Shown one piece after another: positions 35,828 to 44,962 of a DNA stretch of 64,000 bases; within the stretch, counting starts at the first letter, position 1; every line of letters begins with the position of its first letter. The notes under the pieces were generated by a model. That model was given only the letters and a program-made list of their open reading frames with translations. It was not told where the DNA came from and made no database searches. The DNA lies in sequence record NC_133255.1; one strand, written 5' to 3'. The DNA is from Escherichia phage vB_EcoS-26175I. A program made the translations under genes and the position numbers.

Positions 35828-36520
35828 TTATTTGTTAACGCGTACAAAGTATCCTTTATAGGCTCCCATAATAGAGTTACCTAAGAATACTAGCCACATT
35901 GCTAGGATTGCATAAGATGCACCTGTAGATTGAGTAGTTACAAGCCAAATGTACACAGTACCAATGTTAATAGCAATCCAGATCAGCCACTGCTCGGCAT
36001 ACTGCTTAACCATAAGCCACATAGCGATCACACTACCTACCGCAGTAAATGCATCCAACATTGGGAATGGATCAGCCGTAGTAGCTAAGAAACTACCATA
36101 CCCTAACGTGGCTACTGCTAGAATCCCTAGAGTCAGCAGAGCTTGGACTTTAGTCAGAATCTTAGTTGGAACATCTGGCAGATTACTTGGCTTATTTTTA
36201 TGCCATAAGTACATTCCATAAAACTGCATAGGAACGTAGTATAGCAGGTTTAGTGCAGCGTTACCATAAAGATCTGCGTTTAAAGCTGTAATACCATAGG
36301 TAAGAACACCAACTAAGCCCCAAATATAGTTAGAAACACGTCCTTTAGCAACCAAAATAACACAAACTACGTTGGTTATCGCAGTAGCCCAATCTAGAGC
36401 TGTACCATTATAGTTTGCTAAACTAATAAAGGCGACTGCCATAAACAGCCACAGATATTCCAAAGGTTTCCAGTTTTTAAAGTCATTTACAAGATAGTTA
36501 GTCATATTAAAACTCTCCAA
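35828..36520 (-). CDS. pnuC: nicotinamide riboside transporter PnuC
   Basis: 230-aa polytopic membrane protein with PnuC-like Trp/Gly-rich helices; overlaps nadR. Confidence 0.7.
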   Translation of the reverse strand: MESFNMTNYLVNDFKNWKPLEYLWLFMAVAFISLANYNGTALDWATAITNVVCVILVAKGRVSNYIWGLVGVLTYGITALNADLYGNAALNLLYYVPMQFYGMYLWHKNKPSNLPDVPTKILTKVQALLTLGILAVATLGYGSFLATTADPFPMLDAFTAVGSVIAMWLMVKQYAEQWLIWIAINIGTVYIWLVTTQSTGASYAILAMWLVFLGNSIMGAYKGYFVRVNK

Positions 36521-37613
36521 CGTTAAAGTGATGAATCAGCCAGTCTACTGCGTTTACTGCTTCGTCCATACGAACTTTGTAGTCCGGGGAGTCGATGTAA
36601 ACAGTACGTCCTTCAGGGAACTGATTTGGAAATTCTTTCTTCATCTGCTCGAACAGTTCAGAAGTAATTGAACGATCGGAGTTAATACGTAAACCATCAT
36701 CTACCCACTTGACAGTAGGCGCTAGAACAATTACTAAATCGTAATGTTCTTCTTTTGCAATTGCTGTAACCACAGGATTCTTACGATGTTCATAAAGTCT
36801 GTGGTAGAACTCAGTAATAAAAGCATTTGTATCCACAAACATGATCTTATTTGCAGTACGTTCTGCTTCAAACTCTAGCTCTTTGTGTCTGAACGCAATT
36901 TTACTATAATCTTCGCTGGTAAGCAGATTTTCGTTACCAACTAGATCAACTTCACAATACGTTCGACCATATTCTTCTACCCACGAAGTGTTGTATAGCT
37001 TCGCAAGGTATTTTGTTAAAGTAGTCTTTCCCGAGCTTTCAGTCCCAATGAGTACAACCTTACGCACGTAATCTTTACGAACTACGCTAGGAAGAAACTC
37101 CCAATACTTCATAAGATCATTACGAATCATTGTAGCTGAGATTGGAACACGAGTCCGATCAGAATCTACAATATAATGACCAAACTTCGGCAGATATTTC
37201 TTATATTCTGCATCATAGTCTAGTTCGCTAGAGAAAATGGTGATCTCAGGCAAATGTCCATAATTTTCATTAAGGATTCTAGCATATTCCGGCCAACCAT
37301 TCGGATATTCAGGAATATCATCTTCAATAATGTACTCTACCGAAACGTGCTCAATATCCGCGTAAGTTTGTTCTAACCAACGAAGACGATTCTTTAACTG
37401 TAATACTTCCTGATCACGTGTGTTCTGCTTATCCAGCCAACGATTATCATGACTAACTACAATAATAACTCGTTCACACATAGTTGCTGCTGTGTTTATT
37501 AGGTTAATATGACCACGCGTTAATGGTGCGAACTTACCAATTACTAGACCAGTCTTAATCATGTTTGATTCCTCTCTCAAATTTATAAATATATTATACA
37601 GAGAATTTAGCAT
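36507..37613 (-). CDS. nadR: bifunctional NadR-like NMN adenylyltransferase / ribosylnicotinamide kinase (no HTH domain)
   Basis: N-terminal GKFAPLTRGH nucleotidyltransferase motif and C-terminal Walker A GTESSGKTT; 368 aa. Confidence 0.8.
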   Translation of the reverse strand: MLNSLYNIFINLREESNMIKTGLVIGKFAPLTRGHINLINTAATMCERVIIVVSHDNRWLDKQNTRDQEVLQLKNRLRWLEQTYADIEHVSVEYIIEDDIPEYPNGWPEYARILNENYGHLPEITIFSSELDYDAEYKKYLPKFGHYIVDSDRTRVPISATMIRNDLMKYWEFLPSVVRKDYVRKVVLIGTESSGKTTLTKYLAKLYNTSWVEEYGRTYCEVDLVGNENLLTSEDYSKIAFRHKELEFEAERTANKIMFVDTNAFITEFYHRLYEHRKNPVVTAIAKEEHYDLVIVLAPTVKWVDDGLRINSDRSITSELFEQMKKEFPNQFPEGRTVYIDSPDYKVRMDEAVNAVDWLIHHFNVGEF

Positions 37614-37621
37614 TCAAGCAA
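37593..37621 (-). promoter_or_regulatory. early sigma70 promoter (TTGCTT / TATAAT) for nadR-pnuC
   Basis: Same module. Confidence 0.6.
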
Positions 37622-37825
37622 TCGAATTTTTAAACTTTTTAGTGGAAAAATCTCAAGGCATTTAGTGGTAGCACGTTGTTGCTGCAATAATAGTATATGA
37701 TTCTAAAGAATTAAATACTAAAGACCTTAGTTGAATAACTTATGGGATTTTCTTTTACCTTAAATACAGAAAAGCCCGCGCTCTCGGAGGAAACGCGGGC
37801 TTGTTTCGAAGATTACGTGGAACTA

Positions 37826-38770
37826 TTACTTATTACGCATATCCATAATCATTTGACCATCGTAGCCAGTACCGACAACAGTCTGCGGTACACCACCTTG
37901 GTATTTTTCAGCACGAAGCATTTCAACTTCCAGCTGCTTCCAACGAATCATTTCAGGAGTAATGGTACGTTGCAGAGCGGCGTTAGCTTCAGCTTCTTTC
38001 TTAGCTGCGTACAGTTTAGCATCTGCGTCACGTTCGTTAGCTACTGCCATGTTTTCACGAGCGGAACGATCTGCCTCAGCTTGCTTAACTTTCTGCTGTG
38101 CTTCTTGTTCAACACGAGCCAGTTCAGCTTTTGCAGCGTTAACTTGTTCTTCACGAACTTTAGTGTTCTGTACCTGTTCCATGATTACCGGTGGCAGAGT
38201 AATATCCTGAAGGAATACTTGCTTAACCGTGTAACCATAAGGACGCGCGTACTCTTCTACCTCTTGCTGAATAGCAGTTTGCAGTTGAGCCTGAATCTTA
38301 GCGTCGAACAGATCTTGTGCTTTTGGTACGGACTTACCAAACTCACGAATCGTAGACAGCATCTTCTCTTCAACGTATTTGTTCAGAGCCTGATCCTGAG
38401 TACCTGCGTTAACACGGTTCATAGGAGCTTTAGCACCATCAAACTGCAACATAACGGTAATGTCAACAGTAGACTTAAACTTATCCTGGCTAGGAACCTG
38501 AAGTTTATCCAGTTTCATGGAAATATCTTTCGTACTAAAAGTATCAAAAGAAGCAAATGGGTTAACAATATGGAAGCCTGGCAATACAGGATTAGGGCTA
38601 ACTTTACCCAGGAAGGTTTGAGTCTTAACAGTACCATCCTGAACAACTGTATAGGAATTGAGAGCCAGAATAAGAGCACCAAGACCAACAGCAGCACCAA
38701 CACCCCAACGTTTAATAGTACGAATTACTTTTTGCTCAGAAGTCAGTTCTTTAGTGTTTTTAGTAAACAT
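37826..38770 (-). CDS. SPFH / band-7 (prohibitin / HflC-like) membrane protein
   Basis: N-terminal transmembrane segment, SPFH-like core, Ala/Glu-rich coiled coil; 314 aa. Confidence 0.6.
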   Translation of the reverse strand: MFTKNTKELTSEQKVIRTIKRWGVGAAVGLGALILALNSYTVVQDGTVKTQTFLGKVSPNPVLPGFHIVNPFASFDTFSTKDISMKLDKLQVPSQDKFKSTVDITVMLQFDGAKAPMNRVNAGTQDQALNKYVEEKMLSTIREFGKSVPKAQDLFDAKIQAQLQTAIQQEVEEYARPYGYTVKQVFLQDITLPPVIMEQVQNTKVREEQVNAAKAELARVEQEAQQKVKQAEADRSARENMAVANERDADAKLYAAKKEAEANAALQRTITPEMIRWKQLEVEMLRAEKYQGGVPQTVVGTGYDGQMIMDMRNK

Positions 38771-38781
38771 ATATTTCCTTA

Positions 38782-38982
38782 TTATTTAGAAGAGTTATCT
38801 ACTACAGTTACTTTAGTTGCAGAAATAAATAGGCTAGCATCCACAGCAAATTCAGGAGCTTTGATATCTCCATTATGAAATATGACTATACCGGAGACTA
38901 CTTCAAATGCTAGTGCTGTAACATCGGTGGTCTTTAGTTGTGAATGTTCACCTACTACTTTTACTATATATCGTGTTTTCAC
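38782..38982 (-). CDS. hypothetical protein
   Basis: 66-aa ORF. Confidence 0.4.
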   Translation of the reverse strand: MKTRYIVKVVGEHSQLKTTDVTALAFEVVSGIVIFHNGDIKAPEFAVDASLFISATKVTVVDNSSK

Positions 38983-39008
38983 TTTATTTTCCTAGCAGTT
39001 AATAAAAT

Positions 39009-39083
39009 TGGCCGAGGTGACAGGATTCGAACCTGCATAAAGGAATTTAGAAGACTCCTGCCTATCCCTTAGACTACACCCCG
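39009..39083 (-). tRNA. tRNA-Arg (anticodon UCU)
   Basis: Acceptor CGGGGTG/CACCTCG, loop CTTCTAA, T-arm GCAGG-TTCGAAT-CCTGT. Confidence 0.55.
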
Positions 39084-39091
39084 AGAATAAA

Positions 39092-39601
39092 TTACTTAAT
39101 GATTTCGTTCAGTTTGGTTTGGCTTTCTAGCGCTGCTTTAGCTGATTTCTCAGCATCCCTAGCAGCACGTCGTGCTTTAGAGTCAATCAATAGCTTGTCA
39201 TACTTGATATTAACGAACTCTTTAATATCATGGTAGAAACGTTGATGTGCCATGTATTCTTGTGCATCTGCATCGTAACAGCGCATATAGAAGTAATCAC
39301 TAGGCTCTCCACGAAGTGTACGCTCTAGAATCTGAGGTCGATAACGACGTAATGTATCTTTCGCCATTTTTATTTCATCAGTTTCTTCACCAAGCTGAAC
39401 TAGGTGATAAAGACGAGTATTGTCGATGTAATCCAAAGCTACGCTAAAGTATTCACCTTCTCGAAGATTGTATCCTGTAATCTCACTCATTTTCTCACGA
39501 GCTTGATCAAGTGTCAGGCGTTCTGGAAAATGTGCTATATGCAGAATACGAGGGCAACACATTTCTTGATGATCAAAGATACAAGTTGTTCCTAGATTCA
39601 T
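39092..39601 (-). CDS. hypothetical protein
   Basis: 169-aa ORF. Confidence 0.55.
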   Translation of the reverse strand: MNLGTTCIFDHQEMCCPRILHIAHFPERLTLDQAREKMSEITGYNLREGEYFSVALDYIDNTRLYHLVQLGEETDEIKMAKDTLRRYRPQILERTLRGEPSDYFYMRCYDADAQEYMAHQRFYHDIKEFVNIKYDKLLIDSKARRAARDAEKSAKAALESQTKLNEIIK

Positions 39602-40560
39602 ATTGATTCCTTTTGTTAGGTATTTTTAAGAACTCTCGTAAAAGTCCTTAAAGATACCCGGCGGTAGGTAGGGTCAGCCCCCTCAGATTAAGCTCTGCAG
39701 CCCTTCCGTCAGACAATATCTTCCAGTTTAAGTCAGGGTGACTTTGTGGTTATTCAGCTAAGGCTGATCGGCAGCTCTTAGGTCATGACTCCTCGTCGCT
39801 CTTTACTCACCGGCTAGGAAGTTATCTCGAGTTCTTCCTAGCTCTTTAGTCGTGCCATTAAGGTGCCTTCTAAGAGACTTACCTTTTCCCACTTTCGATT
39901 TGGGCATGTATCAGGTAAGGGTAGCCAAATCAGCATCCTAGTCCTACGGGGTCTCATCAAATTACATACCACCGCTTTTCGATATGTAATGCCCATGTCT
40001 ATACGGGAGAAGAAAATGGGCATCTTTCTCTTCGTCTGATAGCTTGAAAAACGACTCCTCATGGAGGAAAAACTTCACTATCTAGGCTAAAGCCTAAAGT
40101 TCTTCTTTAATCCGGCAAAGCAAAACCGTAGTATATACTTTTCAGGAATGGTTGGTTAGTCTGGAACCAACTACCGCGTGGTTTTGGCAGTGCACAGCTG
40201 CCTGCGATTGCTTCGCCATTAGAAGCACCAGTTATCCAACTCTTTCCGACCGTGGGACTCGAACCCACATCTTCAGGCGGTGAAGCCCTAATAATACCTA
40301 TTATACTAGGACGGCAGTGTTGTTACATAAGTGGTTTCGGCACCCCACTAACATAAACTAGAGAAGAGTTTACGAGATTTCGGGACAGCTCCCGAGTTTT
40401 CCGCAGATTTTCAGTTCCCTATCAATAGCAATAAGCGTTAGCTCGTAGCCTCTCTCAGAGTACTTACTAGTCTCCAACTCACCGACTCTATTCAGTGGAA
40501 TAGCTATCCTAGTAGGAGTCACTAAACTCACTCAGCGTAATCGGCTCGCTGTTCTCTAAT
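39602..40560 (-). ncRNA. about 1 kb promoter-driven ORF-poor, relatively GC-rich stretch containing a tRNA-like 3' element (T-arm GTGGG-TTCGAGT-CCCAC at 40252-40268); candidate structured non-coding RNA
   Basis: Early promoter immediately upstream; only a junk-like 74-aa ORF inside. Confidence 0.3.
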
Positions 40561-40570
40561 TTATGAATCT

Positions 40571-40599
40571 ATTATACAGAATTTTGAAGCGTTTAGCAA
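40571..40599 (-). promoter_or_regulatory. early sigma70 promoter (TTGCTA / TATAAT)
   Basis: Same module; reads into the ORF-poor region. Confidence 0.55.
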
Positions 40600-40607
40600 A
40601 TCAATTT

Positions 40608-41042
40608 TTAATTAAATTCGCCAGCAACCTGAGCAGCAACTTTACCCTCGTAACGACCAGGAAACTCTTCCTTAATCGCTTTCATTAGCTGGCCTTTAGT
40701 GATTCCAGAATTTAATTTAACCAGTTCGGCAAAGTAATTACGAATCTGTACTTCTGATAACTGCTCTAACGCGTATTCGTATTCTAGACCCGCTAACAGA
40801 TCGAGATATTCAGCATCCGGAGTATATTCAATGTTTGCCTTTTCAGCAGCCGCCTGAGTATTTTCGATTGCTTTGAACTGCGATTTAATCCAGTTAGTAA
40901 ATTCTAACTTAGTTACGCAGTCCTTATCAATACGCTGCAAGTCACCTAAAATCGTACTTAGGTGCTTAACCGACACAGTGTCACCACGTTTGCGAGCAGC
41001 TTCAATCAACTCTCGCAGTACACGAATCATATTCGTACCCAT
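40608..41042 (-). CDS. hypothetical protein
   Basis: 144-aa ORF. Confidence 0.55.
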   Translation of the reverse strand: MGTNMIRVLRELIEAARKRGDTVSVKHLSTILGDLQRIDKDCVTKLEFTNWIKSQFKAIENTQAAAEKANIEYTPDAEYLDLLAGLEYEYALEQLSEVQIRNYFAELVKLNSGITKGQLMKAIKEEFPGRYEGKVAAQVAGEFN

Positions 41043-41233
41043 TATTTTATTCCTAATGCTTGGTTAAAAGATTGTTCTGTCATAACTGCTGAGACTTTGG
41101 CGAAATCAAACTTCTTAGGATTTGTAGTAATTTCAGCAACGTTAGTAGTTTTAACTGTTTTCGTAGTACGAATACCGTGAGTGTTAACACCAATAATTAC
41201 AACTGATTTCATATTTCGCTTTCCTCTCATCAA
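41042..41233 (-). CDS. small hypothetical protein
   Basis: 63-aa ORF. Confidence 0.4.
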   Translation of the reverse strand: MMRGKRNMKSVVIIGVNTHGIRTTKTVKTTNVAEITTNPKKFDFAKVSAVMTEQSFNQALGIK

Positions 41234-41244
41234 TTTATACAGTT

Positions 41245-41273
41245 ATTATACAGAAATTTAAGGCTTTAAGCAA
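41245..41273 (-). promoter_or_regulatory. early sigma70 promoter (TTGCTT / TATAAT)
   Basis: Same module. Confidence 0.55.
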
Positions 41274-41281
41274 TCGAATTT

Positions 41282-41749
41282 TTAAGTTTTCTTAACCACA
41301 GGCTTGTAGAACGTATGGCCTTGAATCTTCGTTGTTTTCTTAAACTTCTTTGTCCAGTACGGTTTATCTTTACCACTATGGAAGTATAACGCTCCATGTG
41401 TTGGATCTTGTGGTAAATCAACGTAGTATATCACTCTAGCTAAATTCTTAGCAACTTGCCAAGCCTCATCGGTTTTATCAACTTTTGGTCTCTTGGCCAC
41501 CCAAGAGAACTGGTTAGACTGATATACTACTTTACAGTAAGAATCAGGAAAAGTACCAGAGTTAACACGGTTTTTAGTAACCTGTGCAACTGCGATCATT
41601 CCTTTAGTGCCCTCACCTCGTGCTTCGAAGTAGATATTTTTTGCAATGCAATCAATCTGCTTTGAGTCGTAGGTCGCATGACTATTGAAGCTATAGGTTA
41701 GGGCAGCTATTAAAAGCAAAGCTGCCTTCATTTTATTTACTCCGGCCAA
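41282..41749 (-). CDS. SleB-like cell wall hydrolase with signal peptide
   Basis: Signal peptide plus NIYFEARGE...AVAQV..NR motif of the SleB / Hydrolase_2 family; 155 aa. Confidence 0.6.
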   Translation of the reverse strand: MAGVNKMKAALLLIAALTYSFNSHATYDSKQIDCIAKNIYFEARGEGTKGMIAVAQVTKNRVNSGTFPDSYCKVVYQSNQFSWVAKRPKVDKTDEAWQVAKNLARVIYYVDLPQDPTHGALYFHSGKDKPYWTKKFKKTTKIQGHTFYKPVVKKT

Positions 41750-42054
41750 TCGTACTCAATACGATTAGGGCTTTCTTGATACCCTTCGTCAAGCAAATCA
41801 TTGCGCATGTTCTGCTTAGCTACAGGGTTCGAGGTTACTAGTACCACTTTCTTGGGTCTCTGACCAAATTCTAGGAGTAAACGAAGAATTTGATAACCTT
41901 CCATACCATCTACAGCCAGATCGTTATCCATATAAACGAAATGACCCGTGGTATCGGTTGTATTCAGAAACTCAATAGCGGCTTCGGGGGTTCGAATGAT
42001 AATGTCCATTCCATGGAGGTTACGCACATCATCAATCAGAATATGAAAAATCAT
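41737..42054 (-). CDS. hypothetical protein
   Basis: 105-aa ORF. Confidence 0.5.
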   Translation of the reverse strand: MIFHILIDDVRNLHGMDIIIRTPEAAIEFLNTTDTTGHFVYMDNDLAVDGMEGYQILRLLLEFGQRPKKVVLVTSNPVAKQNMRNDLLDEGYQESPNRIEYDWPE

Positions 42055-42084
42055 AATAGCCTCGTCTCATCAATTTAAAAATAT

Positions 42085-42113
42085 ATTATACAGATAATTA
42101 AACTGTTTTGCAA
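42085..42113 (-). promoter_or_regulatory. early sigma70 promoter (TTGCAA / TATAAT)
   Basis: Same module. Confidence 0.5.
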
Positions 42114-42494
42114 ATACATTTTTAGATTGAGAGAACTAGTAAACCGATAAACAGCCTAGAGGCGCCACAGGCCATATCTTATGAGCCATGTACCTTTGAT
42201 CTAGGGTTTGAATCATCAACGAATACTTTGCATCTTTTAGCTTTAGAAGGTTAGAAGTTTGAGTGCTTTTAACTTTTCAGCTTTCATACTTGAGCGTTGA
42301 TCTTTGAAGTTGTGTTGGTACTACCAACGACCGTTTTTACAGTTCAGCTTAAGAGGCTGGTGTAATAAACATAATCTCCAATAGATTATACTTTATAGTA
42401 TGGTCAGCGGTCTTATTTAACCTCGTATTTCAACCGCTGCTGCGAGGTAAGATGCTTGGGCTTTCGTCTACCGATTTACTAGTCTTTTAAATTA

Positions 42495-43133
42495 TTACTC
42501 TACTTCGATAAAAGTAGAGGCGTTGGACTCAGACAGAACAAAGTCAACGTTGGTTGCAAAGTCCTGGTATTCTTCGTCGTGTTGCTTGATCAGCTTTTCC
42601 AGCTCCAGTGGATCGATCAGGAACGGAGTGTTCTTGAGTTCCAGCAGGTTAAGCTGCATCTTAACTTCATCCTCGGAAGTCTTCTTGTCGCGGGTAGCCA
42701 TGGTATCCTGCAAACGCTCATACTTAGCATCAAACTGAGCTTTCTGAGTGTTAAACTTAACAGTAGCAGCATGGAACTGCTTACGCATGTTAGCCAGCAA
42801 CTGAGCTTTGAGTTCCATAGAACGCTTAGCTTCGATTGCTTCCGCAACAGTCATAGAGCGCGAACCGATCTCTACAACAGTTTCAGCATTGCTCTTGATC
42901 AGCGCAGCTTTCAGACGATCACGCTGGGACATCATATCCAGCAGAGACTGGAAATCAGTCTTAATACGGGTAGACAGAGCATCTACTTCGATTGCAGCGC
43001 CAACGACAACTTGGTTCTTGTCCTTACCTTCACCAACAGCGATCAAAAGCTGTTGTTCAGTAGCTTTACGGATTTTAGCTTCCAGAGACTTGATAGTTGC
43101 CAGAGCACGAGTTTTAGAGATACGAGTAGTCAT
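42495..43133 (-). CDS. coiled-coil protein
   Basis: 212-aa ORF. Confidence 0.6.
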   Translation of the reverse strand: MTTRISKTRALATIKSLEAKIRKATEQQLLIAVGEGKDKNQVVVGAAIEVDALSTRIKTDFQSLLDMMSQRDRLKAALIKSNAETVVEIGSRSMTVAEAIEAKRSMELKAQLLANMRKQFHAATVKFNTQKAQFDAKYERLQDTMATRDKKTSEDEVKMQLNLLELKNTPFLIDPLELEKLIKQHDEEYQDFATNVDFVLSESNASTFIEVE

Positions 43134-43187
43134 TATTTGCTTCCTTATATGAAGTTTGAGATTTGAATTTGTTTTAAAAACGGTCTA

Positions 43188-43370
43188 TTACAGACCGATT
43201 GCCAGCATAGTGCGCAGAACAGTATCAGAACTGTTATCAATATTCGGATTGGCGCGATTCAGTACGTTAAAGATTTTCTGGATGCCGGACTGACGTTCAG
43301 CCATACGACGCAGACCCAGGTTACGTTTTGCTACTTTACCATTTTTACGGACGTTTTTAGATACTGGCAT
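43188..43370 (-). CDS. small basic protein
   Basis: 60-aa ORF. Confidence 0.45.
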   Translation of the reverse strand: MPVSKNVRKNGKVAKRNLGLRRMAERQSGIQKIFNVLNRANPNIDNSSDTVLRTMLAIGL

Positions 43371-43410
43371 AATTATTTTCCTTTTGTTGTTCTCTCAAAT
43401 TTATGAATAT

Positions 43411-43439
43411 ATTATACAGAATTTTGGAGCTGAAAGCAA
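43411..43439 (-). promoter_or_regulatory. early sigma70 promoter (TTGCTT / TATAAT)
   Basis: Same module. Confidence 0.55.
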
Positions 43440-43440
43440 A

Positions 43441-44142
43441 TCAAATTTTGATTTTTTCGATCATGACGGCTACACAATAACTTTCAACTAAAGCATCGAA
43501 TGCTGGATCATGCTTCACAGGATAGATTCCATAACGAATGGTGTCCATCTTTTCCATTTTAGCTTTTGCCCAGCTAGCACCTTCGGCTTCTAGATCTTTA
43601 TAGCTATAACCAGCTTGCATCCACTGATTACGGAAAGATCGAACGTTACCTAAGTTCCAGAATTTCCACGGAACTATTTCTTCATGAGTTCCGGCATGGA
43701 ACGTATTTGCAGAGTAGATTGTCATATCAAACTCTGGGCCATTGCCGTAATACAGAGCATTATCTCCTAGAGACAATTCCATAATGTTCTGAGCCATAGA
43801 GAAGGCAGCATAATTAGAGCCTACGTCATTAGTGCAGTGATGCTTACCATCACGGAAGGCAATCAGTTTAGGATTACGATCATTTAGAGCCTCCATAATA
43901 TGGAGCGCAGATGGACTGTTTTTAGCTTGATCCATCCAGAATGCAATAGTAGAGGCAGTTACCTTAGCACCCGCATTAAGCTGATCTTGAACGTCTAGAG
44001 TAACGAATACCAGATCAGGATCTTTATCAATTCCGTGCATCGCTACAAAAGCGAAAGAAGGCATTGCAATATGAGTAGTACCGCAATTTCCTGGAGTACC
44101 TAGAGATTCAATGTCCAGCATACCAAAGGGCTTGAATTTCAT
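43441..44142 (-). CDS. DEDDh-family 3'-5' exonuclease
   Basis: Exo I LDIESLG, Exo II YGNGPEFD, Exo III H..FDAL motifs; 233 aa. Confidence 0.6.
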   Translation of the reverse strand: MKFKPFGMLDIESLGTPGNCGTTHIAMPSFAFVAMHGIDKDPDLVFVTLDVQDQLNAGAKVTASTIAFWMDQAKNSPSALHIMEALNDRNPKLIAFRDGKHHCTNDVGSNYAAFSMAQNIMELSLGDNALYYGNGPEFDMTIYSANTFHAGTHEEIVPWKFWNLGNVRSFRNQWMQAGYSYKDLEAEGASWAKAKMEKMDTIRYGIYPVKHDPAFDALVESYCVAVMIEKIKI

Positions 44143-44172
44143 AATTATGTCCTTTATTGTTGTAGAAAACTA

Positions 44173-44427
44173 TTAAAGAGCTGTCTCTTTAATAGACTCC
44201 CACTGTTTGGGGTCTTTCAGAGGAAGTTCCTCTTCTTCAAACAGGTCTATTCCACTTTCGTTAACATCCCAATTTTCTTCCATGATCTCTTCTAGAAGCT
44301 CATGTTTAGAAAGACGAGTGTAGTCTCTAGCAGATTTATGAGTGCTAGCACGGTTAAAATCATTCTTTGCAACGAAGTTACGCATAGTTTCTCCAAATAA
44401 GAGGGGCTTTCGCCCCCTGCATATCAA
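44173..44427 (-). CDS. hypothetical protein
   Basis: 84-aa ORF. Confidence 0.45.
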   Translation of the reverse strand: MICRGRKPLLFGETMRNFVAKNDFNRASTHKSARDYTRLSKHELLEEIMEENWDVNESGIDLFEEEELPLKDPKQWESIKETAL

Positions 44428-44741
44428 AGATAAGTTCTACAGTAGTGCTCTAAAGCACTCTGAGCTTCTCCAGGCGTAACGAAGTATCCCTCGCTAAACT
44501 GTTCACACTCATCAGAGTATTCATACCAAGTAAATGTTTGGTTGTACAAAGAATCTGGATCATCTGATATCCGAAACTCTAGTTTCCAGATATTTGGAAA
44601 TTCAGTTTTGTACGCTTTTACTGCACCATCGTAGAACAGGCGTTGCAGCATACCTGACATAATACGAGCGTTATTTTCTCTCATATTACTTGCCCAGCAG
44701 TTTAAGGATGTTTTCCTTAATAGTTTGAGCAGATTTTTCAC
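44424..44741 (-). CDS. hypothetical protein
   Basis: 105-aa ORF. Confidence 0.5.
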   Translation of the reverse strand: MKNLLKLLRKTSLNCWASNMRENNARIMSGMLQRLFYDGAVKAYKTEFPNIWKLEFRISDDPDSLYNQTFTWYEYSDECEQFSEGYFVTPGEAQSALEHYCRTYL

Positions 44742-44901
44742 TCTTATTGGTTTCAGCCAGTTTCAGAGCGAGTTCTTCCTGCTGTTTCTGAATATCAGCA
44801 GCAGTTTTCTGGTCCGCTTCAATACGAGCTTGAAGTTCATCAGTAATAATGGTAAAGGAAGCAACGATTTCAGTAACGGAACGTGGTTTCTTAGAGAACA
44901 T
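44686..44901 (-). CDS. small coiled-coil protein
   Basis: 71-aa ORF. Confidence 0.4.
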   Translation of the reverse strand: MFSKKPRSVTEIVASFTIITDELQARIEADQKTAADIQKQQEELALKLAETNKSEKSAQTIKENILKLLGK

Positions 44902-44962
44902 AAAGATATCCTTAATTAGTCAGAGAAAGAGTTAGTATATGGGGCTTTCGCCCCATCAATCA

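Noticed and set aside
37742-38878. 378-aa plus-strand ORF antisense to the SPFH gene
   Set aside because: Low-complexity Phe/Ser/Leu-rich translation, no RBS, and fully overlapped by a well-supported minus-strand gene; likely a frame artefact of AT-rich DNA.
39602-40607. tmRNA in the ORF-poor region
   Set aside because: A tRNA-like T-arm is present, but I could not pair its 3' acceptor strand with any 5' segment of the promoter-proximal transcript, and no tag-peptide reading frame ending in a stop was evident.
42579-43166. Plus-strand ORFs embedded opposite minus-strand genes (for example 42579-43166, 42808-43152, 44939-45511, 8602-8994, 9009-9332, 17134-17536, 23333-23722)
   Set aside because: Each is antisense to a better-supported minus-strand gene, lacks an RBS and has a Ser/Leu/Cys-rich low-complexity translation.
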